From the NCBI GenBank assembly GCA_044343545.1, contig JAWBZR010000002.1, positions 19,213-83,212 on the forward strand: a stretch of DNA of 64,000 nucleotides, in the 5' to 3' direction. A model generated the notes under the pieces. It ran no database searches and had not been told where the DNA came from. It saw only the letters and a program-made list of their open reading frames with translations. This document shows positions 31,326-39,719 of this stretch, piece by piece. Every line of letters starts with the position of its first letter. Position 1 is the first letter of the stretch. The DNA comes from Candidatus Aenigmatarchaeota archaeon. GTDB lineage: Archaea > Aenigmatarchaeota > Aenigmatarchaeia > CG10238-14. Position numbers and translations under genes: made by a program.

Positions 31326-32144
31326 ATGTTAGGGTCACCACAGCTTATGGATACCTTAAAGGGTATAGGTTTAAATTTATATGAAAGAAAGTTGTGGGTT
31401 GCCTTGCTCGCAAAAGGAGTGGCCACGGCGGGAGAATTGTCGGCAATGACAAATGTTCCAAGATCAAGAACATACGATGTTCTTCAAACGCTTGCAGAAA
31501 AAGGTTTTGTTGTTGTGCAAAGCTCCAAGCCATTAAAATATGTCGCGATTCCTCCTCTTGAAGCATTGGAAAGGGTAAAAAATAAGATGAAGATGGACTA
31601 TGAAGCAAAAATAGAAAGGATAGAAAGATTGAAAAATTCTCCCTTGCTGGAAGAATTAGAAAACATACACAAGCAAGGGTTGGAATTAATTTCGCCTGAG
31701 GATATAAGCGGATCTTTAAAAGGCAAATATACTGTATTGCAACAGATAGATAGCATGTTCAAGTCAGCATCTCGCTCCATACATATAGTAACAACTCCTG
31801 CGGGCTTGAACGAGCTTTACGAAAATCATTATAACATGCTAAAAAATCTAAAACAAAAGGGTGTCGAAATCAAGGTTGCTGCGAGAATTGATGATACATG
31901 TAAGGAAGCTTTAACTGCTTTGTCAAGCATTGCTGAAATAAGGAAAATTGTAGACGAGAAATTACCGATTTTTGGCAAGTTTTACATTGTCGACAATCAA
32001 CAAACAATGATGAGCTTAACTCATCCTGATTCGGCTGATATTCATCACATGATGTTTTGGACGAAGTCAGAGCACACATCAAGAGATATTCTAACACCCA
32101 TTTTCAATTTGGTTTGGGAACATTCAGTTCCAATAAAAAGTTAA
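31326..32144 (+). CDS. TrmB family transcriptional regulator
   Basis: GLNLYE, VPRSRTYDVL..L..KGFV HTH; C-terminal effector domain. Confidence 0.9.
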   Translation: MLGSPQLMDTLKGIGLNLYERKLWVALLAKGVATAGELSAMTNVPRSRTYDVLQTLAEKGFVVVQSSKPLKYVAIPPLEALERVKNKMKMDYEAKIERIERLKNSPLLEELENIHKQGLELISPEDISGSLKGKYTVLQQIDSMFKSASRSIHIVTTPAGLNELYENHYNMLKNLKQKGVEIKVAARIDDTCKEALTALSSIAEIRKIVDEKLPIFGKFYIVDNQQTMMSLTHPDSADIHHMMFWTKSEHTSRDILTPIFNLVWEHSVPIKS

Positions 32145-32149
32145 AAAGC

Positions 32150-34018
32150 CTATCCTATGAAAACAGGTCTTTTTGAAAGCATCATAGGTAATGTTAATTC
32201 TTTAAATGGTTTTCCTTTTGTCGCTTCTTTTATTTCGCTTATCAAGCTTTCAAGGCTCATTTTTTCTTCAAAACTTTTAACACCTCTCTTTCTCACATTA
32301 AATATTCCGCTCTCTCTTTCTTTCTTGCCTATGACAAGAATGTATGGAACCCATTCAATTTCCGCATCTCTTATTTTCTTTTCTATTCTTTCGTTTCTAT
32401 CATCTATATCCACTCTTATGCTATTTTCTTCAAATTTTTTGGCAAGTTCTTTACAATATTCTATATAATCATCGTTTATAGGACACAATCTTACTTGAGT
32501 TGGACAAAGCCATAAAGGCAAGCGTGGATTTTCTCCCTTTTGAGAAGCGATATAAGCCTTTTCAAGCATTGCATATAAACATCTTTCTAAACTTCCGGAT
32601 GGAGAACAGTGTAAGATGTACGGATGTTTCTTCTTTCCATCTTCATCAACGTATTCTATTCCAAATCTTTTAGCATTTTCATGATCTATTTGAACTGTCG
32701 TGAGAGCAGATGCTTTGTTCATGGAATCTATGAAGTTGAATTCAAATTTTGGATCAAAATATGCGTATCTAAAATTCCACATTTCTATAAGCACTGGTTT
32801 ATTCACAAGCTTTACTAATGAAATTATGAAATCTTTGTTTTCTTTCCAAAAATCTTTTGTAAATCTAATGGCAACTTCAAAATCGTCTATGGAAAATTCT
32901 ATATCTTTCAATGTTTCGATTCCCAACTTGAATTGATTGTAAAATTCTTGTTTGGCTGTGTCTAAATCTTTGCAGAGTGTATGCATATCAGGCATAGTGA
33001 ATGCTCTTAATCTTCTCAAACCAACAAGCTCTCCTGATTTTTCAAGTCTAAAAGAATATCTCGTTAGCTCGAAAAATTTAAGTGGCAAATCTTTGTGAGA
33101 GATATTAGATGCTGCTAATGTCAAGAATTGTCCGAAGCAAGCTGCAAATCTGAGGAAAAACTTTCTTTTCGCAGATTCAAGTGTATATTGTCTCGCAGGA
33201 AATCTATTTAGATATTCTTTCAATGCAGGATGCTCATAATCATACATTATTGGTGTTTCTACTTCCATAGCACCATACTTTATTACTTTTTGTGTAATCC
33301 ACATTTCCATGAGACTTTTTATTAATCTTCCTTTGGGTAAAAATCTGAAATTTCCAGGGTCAGAACCTGGCTCGTAATCTACAAGTTCCAAAGATTTCAT
33401 TATCTTTACATGAGGCGGTATGATAGAAACACCTCTAACTTTGGCATACTCATATTCAAAGAATTTTTTTAGATTTTCATGATCTTTATAATCAAATTCT
33501 TTTGCATCTATCAGTTCGCCTTTTGGTGTCAATATATACCATTCAGATTTCACCTTTTCCTCCTGCTGTAAAGCTTGTGAAATTTCTTCTTTAACTTCTT
33601 TAACTTCCTCCGCTGTAAAAACTTTTAGTTGCTCTGCTAAGGGATGTGCCTTTATTTTTAATTGAAATTGCTTGTTCCATCCAAAAGGTGCTCTGTAAAC
33701 TTCCAGACCCTCTTTCTTTGCAAAATCTTCCATTTTTCTTATTATTTCAAGAGCCTCTGAAGGTTTAGCTAAATTTGAACTTAGATGCGCATAAGGGTAT
33801 ATCAAAATTTTGTTCACTTTTATTGTTTTTAAAGATTCGTTTATTTGCTTTATCGCATGCTTAGCTAAAGATTCATTATCACCTTCTTCTACGGCAACAA
33901 AAAGAACTACAACATCTTCAATTCTCACTAATTTTTTTTCTATCTTTTCTGCGATAGCTATTTCTCTTTCTATAGGCAAGTATTCTATGAAATCTACGTG
34001 TTGTTGCAATATTCTCAT
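32150..34018 (-). CDS. thrS: Threonine--tRNA ligase (archaeal type with N-terminal editing domain)
   Basis: YPYAHLS, RAPFGW, LRFAACFG, LRRLRAFTMPDMH, HCSPSGSLER. Confidence 0.97.
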   Translation of the reverse strand: MRILQQHVDFIEYLPIEREIAIAEKIEKKLVRIEDVVVLFVAVEEGDNESLAKHAIKQINESLKTIKVNKILIYPYAHLSSNLAKPSEALEIIRKMEDFAKKEGLEVYRAPFGWNKQFQLKIKAHPLAEQLKVFTAEEVKEVKEEISQALQQEEKVKSEWYILTPKGELIDAKEFDYKDHENLKKFFEYEYAKVRGVSIIPPHVKIMKSLELVDYEPGSDPGNFRFLPKGRLIKSLMEMWITQKVIKYGAMEVETPIMYDYEHPALKEYLNRFPARQYTLESAKRKFFLRFAACFGQFLTLAASNISHKDLPLKFFELTRYSFRLEKSGELVGLRRLRAFTMPDMHTLCKDLDTAKQEFYNQFKLGIETLKDIEFSIDDFEVAIRFTKDFWKENKDFIISLVKLVNKPVLIEMWNFRYAYFDPKFEFNFIDSMNKASALTTVQIDHENAKRFGIEYVDEDGKKKHPYILHCSPSGSLERCLYAMLEKAYIASQKGENPRLPLWLCPTQVRLCPINDDYIEYCKELAKKFEENSIRVDIDDRNERIEKKIRDAEIEWVPYILVIGKKERESGIFNVRKRGVKSFEEKMSLESLISEIKEATKGKPFKELTLPMMLSKRPVFIG

Positions 34019-34338
34019 AAACTCCCCTCATTATTTTTTATTTCAATAGATTTAAATTTCATACTAAATGCCATTTTTTGCAAAAACATCTTTTCTAAAA
34101 AATTTTGTCTCCCAAGACCCTTTTTTGAAATAACAACTTTTACGCCAAAATCTTTTATCCATTCATGTTTCGAATAAAGCTTTTCAGGTAAACTAATTAA
34201 TCTTAACTGGGGGCATTTGTTTAGAATTTCTTTTAATAGTTTTTTACTTGCAAATTTTCTTAAATGAACTATTCGAGTTTCTTTGTTAAGTTTTGAAATA
34301 TCAGAATAGCTAGAAATAGAGACTTGTTTGGCATTCAC
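34015..34338 (-). CDS. DUF1699-like protein
   Basis: IVHL...ILNKCPQLRLISLP pattern recalled from the archaeal DUF1699 family. Confidence 0.55.
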   Translation of the reverse strand: MNAKQVSISSYSDISKLNKETRIVHLRKFASKKLLKEILNKCPQLRLISLPEKLYSKHEWIKDFGVKVVISKKGLGRQNFLEKMFLQKMAFSMKFKSIEIKNNEGSL

Positions 34339-34423
34339 CTTGTCCGTTTATCACCCATACTCTCCACTAATAATTTTTTCAGTTGAATATTTTTAAGTTT
34401 TTTGTAATGCCGTTTTTTATGCT

Positions 34424-34885
34424 TTATATGAAAAAGCTAAACCAATACCATGATAGAGTTGCTATACCACCCACTGTGATGATGAGCGAGCTCATTAGTT
34501 TTCTAAAATCAATTTCTTTTATGGAAATTTCGACGCCTGCTGAATAAAGAGAAAGCCACACCCACCAATAAATGAGAAAATTAACTACGCTATTCACGAA
34601 ACCATATTTCGAGGCAAAAAAGATAGATGATATTATTGAAACAAAAAAGCCTGATATCATAACCATTGAATGATTTTCCACGTTTTCTTCTGTCGTGAGT
34701 ATTCCTTCAATGAGCGAAATTTCTGTTAATAGCGCGAAGAAAGAATAAATGTAATTTTGAGGGGACCATAAAAATATCATCAAGGCCAAGACTAGCGGCA
34801 AAAACAAAAATACAAAACCAGTTATTTGTATGAATAATTCGCGCCAATTTATTTTATGAAACATATTAAACAGAATTGGTGCCAA
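34424..34885 (-). CDS. Hypothetical membrane protein
   Basis: About five hydrophobic segments. Confidence 0.6.
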   Translation of the reverse strand: MAPILFNMFHKINWRELFIQITGFVFLFLPLVLALMIFLWSPQNYIYSFFALLTEISLIEGILTTEENVENHSMVMISGFFVSIISSIFFASKYGFVNSVVNFLIYWWVWLSLYSAGVEISIKEIDFRKLMSSLIITVGGIATLSWYWFSFFI

Positions 34886-34952
34886 TAATTATAAAATTAT
34901 GTTTTTTGTGTGAAGAAAATATTTATAGCAAAAAAATGAAATTAATGAATTT

Positions 34953-35267
34953 ATGAACGTACAATTTGTAGGTTTTGACAAGTTTTCTTCCGAAATAAAA
35001 GATGATGTAAAAAAACAGTGTGATAGGCTTTTAGATAAATGCAAGAGGATTTTTGATGAAAAACATATAAAAACTCTAAAACTTTCGGTAGATAAGCTGA
35101 GAAAAAGAGGAGATCATACATTATTTGAGGTTAAGTGTTATCTTGAAGCGGGGAACAACTTGTTTTATGCTTCACATAGTGATTGGAATATATTGGATGC
35201 AGTAGAAAGGGTAGTTGAAGATATTTTGAAGCAAGTTATAAAGAAAAAGGAGATGCACGAAAGATGA
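34953..35267 (+). CDS. HPF/RaiA-like ribosome hibernation domain protein
   Basis: 104 aa, beta-alpha-beta-beta-beta-alpha pattern ending FYASHSDWNILDAVERVVEDILKQV. Confidence 0.6.
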   Translation: MNVQFVGFDKFSSEIKDDVKKQCDRLLDKCKRIFDEKHIKTLKLSVDKLRKRGDHTLFEVKCYLEAGNNLFYASHSDWNILDAVERVVEDILKQVIKKKEMHER

Positions 35268-35304
35268 ATTTTTAAAATTTCACAAAAATCTTATATTTAT
35301 TAAT

Positions 35305-35395
35305 AGCCCCGTCGTCTAGATGGCTTTGCCAGGATAACGGTCAAGGATAGCGGGCTTTGGACCCGTTGACAGCGGTTCGAATCCGCTCGGGGCTA
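35305..35395 (+). tRNA. tRNA-Gln(UUG) with 18-nt non-canonical intron at 15/16 (35320-35337)
   Basis: A1:U72 acceptor AGCCCCG/CGGGGCT-A; anticodon arm GCGGG-CTTTGGA-CCCGT; removing ATGGCTTTGCCAGGATAA restores D-loop AGCGGTCAA (73 nt). Confidence 0.92.
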
Positions 35396-35430
35396 TAAAA
35401 TCAAATAGATTAATATTTACTCTATTTTTT

Positions 35431-36063
35431 ATGCAATTAAGGCAAGTGTATGATGAAATTGCAGATAGTTGGAGTAATTTTAGAACAAAACCCAAAAAAT
35501 CCATACCTTTTGATAGAATAAGAGGTTTTGTGCTGGATGTTGGCTGTGGCAATGCAAGAAACATGATACCTTTGCTTAAGAAAGGAGTAAAATGCGTTGG
35601 AATAGATTTTTCAAAAAATATGATAAAAAACGCTTTGAAGTTGTGTGAAAAGCATGAAGTAGAAGCAGATTTTGTATTAGCAGACATGCTTCATCTTCCT
35701 TTCAAGAAAAAAGTGTTTGACGTGTGTTTATGCATATCAACCCTTCATCATTTGGATGATAGGTTGAAAAGAATAAAAGCTTTAAAGGAAATCAAGAGGG
35801 TTTGCAAGAAAGACATCTACATATTGGTGTGGTACAGATGGCAAATCTTTCACATAAAACATTTATTAAAAAATTTCATGCATTTCGGAGACGTATATGT
35901 AGAATGGAGAAAAAGAAACAAGATATTATATCGATACTATCATCTTTATACGAAGCACGAGCTAGAAAGAGATTTAAGTTTGGCTAGGTTAAAATTAATA
36001 GAAATTAAAATAACTAAAGAAAATAAAAAAAAGGATTTGTTTGCATATTGCACGGTGGTTTAG
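35431..36063 (+). CDS. Class I SAM methyltransferase, Trm9/ALKBH8-like (candidate tRNA cm5U34 methyltransferase)
   Basis: VYDEIA..WS..R.KP, VLDVGCGNAR, ISTLHHL...RIKAL.E, ILVW, RYYHLY...EL match the Trm9 pattern. Confidence 0.75.
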   Translation: MQLRQVYDEIADSWSNFRTKPKKSIPFDRIRGFVLDVGCGNARNMIPLLKKGVKCVGIDFSKNMIKNALKLCEKHEVEADFVLADMLHLPFKKKVFDVCLCISTLHHLDDRLKRIKALKEIKRVCKKDIYILVWYRWQIFHIKHLLKNFMHFGDVYVEWRKRNKILYRYYHLYTKHELERDLSLARLKLIEIKITKENKKKDLFAYCTVV

Positions 36064-36978
36064 GTGAAGTCATGTAGCAATTGTAAAAACAAAGCCATTT
36101 ACTTTAGAATGAATGAAGGTAGATATTATTGCAAAAAATGTTTTTCTAAAAACATTGAAGATAGAGTGAAAAGAGTCATAAGAAATTTCAATTTAGTTGA
36201 TAATGGAGATAATATAGCTGTAGCCCTTTCTGGAGGAAAAGATTCGTCAAACACTCTCTATATTCTTAAAAAAATATTTGAAAAAAATCCTAAAATCAGA
36301 ATTTTTGCCATAATTGTTGATGAAGGTTTTCATTTTAGAAAAGAAGCTATAAAAAAATCTAAAAAACTTTGCGAAGAGATTGGTGTAGAGTATTACATAT
36401 TTTATTTCAAGAAAGAGGTTGGGAAAACTATGGATAGTATTGGTAGAAAATTTAAAGATAAAAACATGTGCAGTTATTGCGGTGTTCTTAGAAGGTACTT
36501 GATTAATAAAAAGGCAAGAGAATTAAAGGCAAATAAAATAGCTTTAGGACATAACTTGGATGATGAGGTACAAAGCATAATAATGAATATTTTCAAGGGA
36601 GATTTTCTTCGAATGGCAAGGTTTGATTTTATGCCAAAAATAAGAGAAAATACAAAATTTGTACCACGGATAAAACCGCTTGCTATGATACCGGAGAAGG
36701 AGTCTGCTATTTATGCTATAACCAACAATTTGCCCATTTCCCTTTCTCATTGCCCATATGCAGCTCACAATCACTTGAGAATGGAAGTAAAGTATTTTTT
36801 GAATAAACTTGAGTTCGAATCTCCAGGAATAAAATATTCTATATTCAACAGTGGAAGAAAGCTTGCTAAAATATTGAAGGAAAATATGAAGATAGGGGAG
36901 ATAAATAACTGCAAGATTTGTGGAGAACCTAGCTCAGAAAGTGTGTGTCAAGCATGCAAGATTATTGAGAAATTATAG
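36064..36978 (+). CDS. ncsA: tRNA 2-thiouridine synthase, NcsA/Ctu1/TtuA family
   Basis: N- and C-terminal zinc fingers, SGGKDS PP-loop, CSYC, GHNLDD, PRIKPL, CPY. Confidence 0.88.
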   Translation: MKSCSNCKNKAIYFRMNEGRYYCKKCFSKNIEDRVKRVIRNFNLVDNGDNIAVALSGGKDSSNTLYILKKIFEKNPKIRIFAIIVDEGFHFRKEAIKKSKKLCEEIGVEYYIFYFKKEVGKTMDSIGRKFKDKNMCSYCGVLRRYLINKKARELKANKIALGHNLDDEVQSIIMNIFKGDFLRMARFDFMPKIRENTKFVPRIKPLAMIPEKESAIYAITNNLPISLSHCPYAAHNHLRMEVKYFLNKLEFESPGIKYSIFNSGRKLAKILKENMKIGEINNCKICGEPSSESVCQACKIIEKL

Positions 36979-37068
36979 AATCATCATATAAATCCTTCAA
37001 GAGGCTTGAAAAGATCCTGTTTGACAAATTAAAATCTTTATTATACTCAAGCATTTTTGCCAAGAAAA

Positions 37069-37239
37069 TCACCCTTTTTTATAATTATTTTCAATTTCCG
37101 CTATCTTTTCTTGCAAAAAAGCTATCCTATCTTGCCAATATTTGACCTGCCTCAAGTTTTTTGCTTTGAATAGTTGAGCCTTTGCATTAAACAATTCTTC
37201 TCTATAAAACCTCAATCTAAGCAGGTCTCGTTTGTTCAT
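37069..37239 (-). CDS. Small helical hairpin protein (56 aa, not in ORF track)
   Basis: MNKRDLLRLRFYREELFNAKAQLFKAKNLRQVKYWQDRIAFLQEKIAEIENNYKKG; amphipathic, fills the ncsA-elp3 gap. Confidence 0.5.
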   Translation of the reverse strand: MNKRDLLRLRFYREELFNAKAQLFKAKNLRQVKYWQDRIAFLQEKIAEIENNYKKG

Positions 37240-37341
37240 TTCAAATCACTATATTACTTTTTAGTGGTTCTTATATATAAATGTTACTACTATAAAATAG
37301 AAATATTATTTTATAGATATTGAAGTAGATAAATTTCAATT

Positions 37342-38916
37342 ATGATTACAGAGAGAGAGTTTGCCAAAATTTTTCTGAAAGAGTTTAGAGCAAGGAAGCC
37401 GAAAACAAAAGAAGAAGTGATCAAGCTTAAAAGAGAATTGGCGGCAAAGTTTGGCATAGAAGAACCGACAAATCCAGATATACTGAAGTATGCAAGCGAT
37501 GCATTTATAGAAAAGTACAGATCTCTTTTTGAAATAAAACCGACGAGAACCATATCCGGCGTGGCTACTATTACGGTTGCTTGTAAGCCAGCTTATTGTG
37601 GCGGTAACTGCAGTTATCGTCCTCCTTTAAGCAAGTTTGTGCCCAAGAGCTATTCTGCAAATGAACCAGCTATACAGAGAGCTATAAGAAACAAGTTTGA
37701 CCCTTATAGACAGGTGAGAGATAGATTGAGCCAATATAAAATAATGGGTCATCCCACGGACAAGATAGAAATCATAGTTTTGGGCGGAACCTTTTTGGCA
37801 ACAGAAAAGGAATATCAGCATAAATTTATTAAGGGAATTTTTGACGGATTAAACGGAAAGAGAGCTTCCACTTTGGAAGAAGCAAAAAGGATCAACGAAA
37901 CAGCAAGACATAGATGTGTAGGTTTAACGATAGAGACAAGGCCAGACTATTGTTTCGAGGAGCATGTCGATGCTTTATTGGAGTATGGCTGCACGAGAAT
38001 AGAGTTGGGAATGCAATCGATATATAATGACGTCTTGGATAGAGTTAATAGAGGTCATCATGTTGAAGAAACTATAAGAGCTATACAAATTGCAAAGGAT
38101 TCTGCTTTTAAGATCATATCTCATGTGATGCCATTCTTGCCTGGCTCAAGTGTTGAGAGGGATATAGATATGTTTAGGGAAATTTTTAGAAGTGAAGATT
38201 TGCAAGTAGACGAATTCAAGATATATCCTTGCGTTGTTGTTGAAGGAACAAAACTCTACGAGGAATGGAAGCAAGGAAAATATACTCCACCAACTTTGGA
38301 AGAAGCAGTCAAAGTTATTGTTGAAATGAAAAAAATGGCACCTCCTTGGGTGAGGTTCAGGAGAATTTTTAGAGATATTCCGGCAAACGAAATTGTTGCT
38401 GGTGTGAAGAAAAGTAACTTAAGAGAAATAGCGATAGAAAGGTTAAAGAAAGAGGGTTTGTGGTGTAGGTGCACCCGTTGTAGAGAGCCAGGGCATGCAA
38501 AGAAAATTTACTGGAGAGAAGTAGATAAAAGTCATATAAAGCTTGTCAGGAGAGATTATAGAGCATCGGGCGGAGATGAAATATTTCTTTCGTTTGAAGA
38601 TGTCAAGAATGATGTGCTTGTAGCTTTACTACGGCTAAGAATACCATATAAGCCGCATAGAAGAGAAATAGATGATAAGACAGCGTTGATAAGAGAGATT
38701 CATACCTATGGAAAAATGGTGCCTATAGATAAAGATGATTCGAATAGCTGGCAACATAAAGGTTTTGGCTCATTGTTGCTTGAAGAAGCAGAAAGAATTG
38801 CTAAGGAAGATTTTGACAAGAAAAAAATGATAGCTATATCGGGAGTTGGAGTAAAGAGTTGGTTTATGAAGCATGGATATAAGTATGAAGGACCTTATAT
38901 GAGCAAATTTATTTAA
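37342..38916 (+). CDS. elp3: Elp3 tRNA uridine(34) carboxymethylase (radical SAM + KAT)
   Basis: RTISGVA, KIE.IVLGGTF, IETRPDY, RIELGMQS, KIYP, RIFRDIP, CRC.RCRE, IREIHTYG, QHKGFG, GPYMSK. Confidence 0.95.
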   Translation: MITEREFAKIFLKEFRARKPKTKEEVIKLKRELAAKFGIEEPTNPDILKYASDAFIEKYRSLFEIKPTRTISGVATITVACKPAYCGGNCSYRPPLSKFVPKSYSANEPAIQRAIRNKFDPYRQVRDRLSQYKIMGHPTDKIEIIVLGGTFLATEKEYQHKFIKGIFDGLNGKRASTLEEAKRINETARHRCVGLTIETRPDYCFEEHVDALLEYGCTRIELGMQSIYNDVLDRVNRGHHVEETIRAIQIAKDSAFKIISHVMPFLPGSSVERDIDMFREIFRSEDLQVDEFKIYPCVVVEGTKLYEEWKQGKYTPPTLEEAVKVIVEMKKMAPPWVRFRRIFRDIPANEIVAGVKKSNLREIAIERLKKEGLWCRCTRCREPGHAKKIYWREVDKSHIKLVRRDYRASGGDEIFLSFEDVKNDVLVALLRLRIPYKPHRREIDDKTALIREIHTYGKMVPIDKDDSNSWQHKGFGSLLLEEAERIAKEDFDKKKMIAISGVGVKSWFMKHGYKYEGPYMSKFI

Positions 38917-39655
38917 GATATGGGGGGTGGGGTATACGATGAGTTGATCGTGTGAGATATTCTAAATTATAAGTTTCATAGGCATATAACCAAAAATGAG
39001 TACCTTTTTTTGTTTGATTTAATAGCATATTCCTTGTTTTTCTAAGACGATCTAAAGGTATTCCATATTCCAAAACTGCCTCTCTCAATGCTTCTCTAGA
39101 TACATAAGCTAACTTCTCAGGATCTTCTCCTCTGTCATTTATCACCTTTGCTACCCTTTCAGCCCTTTCTTTCGTTGCTGCATATGGATGCAACATAGTT
39201 ATGTAGTATACTCCTAGGTGTGGAGCAGGTACGCGTAGACCATTTGAAACTATTACATCAAATCTTTCCTCAAAATCAATATCAATTACGTCTACCCTTC
39301 CTTCAAAAACACAAAGTGGTACACGACCTAAATATGTTCCAGCATCATATAGACAAAAATCACCATTATATACATGAAATGAAGGGTTTCTTTCTAGCTT
39401 TCTTATTCTATTAACACCTAAAATAACACCTTCATATCTATTTGTTCTTTCAAGGAAAGTTCCATTATTGCTAACAACGATTCTTTGAACCTCTCCAACA
39501 CAACCACAAGCAACGACAATATCCAAATCATTTGGTTCATAATTTAAATTTTTAGACAAATAAAGTAAAAGAAATGATCCTACAATTCTCACTCTATCAT
39601 ATCCTAATTCATTTAATAAAAATTTAACCGCCTTTTCACCAACATCCTTTCTCAT
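38909..39655 (-). CDS. Putative nucleotidyltransferase (Pol-beta superfamily-like), unknown function
   Basis: VRIVGS...PNDLDIVV (GS + DxD); ATG at 39655 preferred. Confidence 0.5.
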   Translation of the reverse strand: MRKDVGEKAVKFLLNELGYDRVRIVGSFLLLYLSKNLNYEPNDLDIVVACGCVGEVQRIVVSNNGTFLERTNRYEGVILGVNRIRKLERNPSFHVYNGDFCLYDAGTYLGRVPLCVFEGRVDVIDIDFEERFDVIVSNGLRVPAPHLGVYYITMLHPYAATKERAERVAKVINDRGEDPEKLAYVSREALREAVLEYGIPLDRLRKTRNMLLNQTKKGTHFWLYAYETYNLEYLTRSTHRIPHPPYLK

Positions 39656-39719
39656 AAAATAGTGATTTAAAAAATAGTTTTTTAAAAATTTATGTTTTCG
39701 TTTTGCCAAAATTTATTTT

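Noticed and set aside
35320..35345. Alternative tRNA-Gln intron registers near 21/22
   Set aside because: They give weaker helices and lose A21; the 15/16 register gives a clean BHB and a canonical D-loop
35316..35687. 123-aa minus-strand ORF
   Set aside because: Antisense to tRNA-Gln and the methyltransferase
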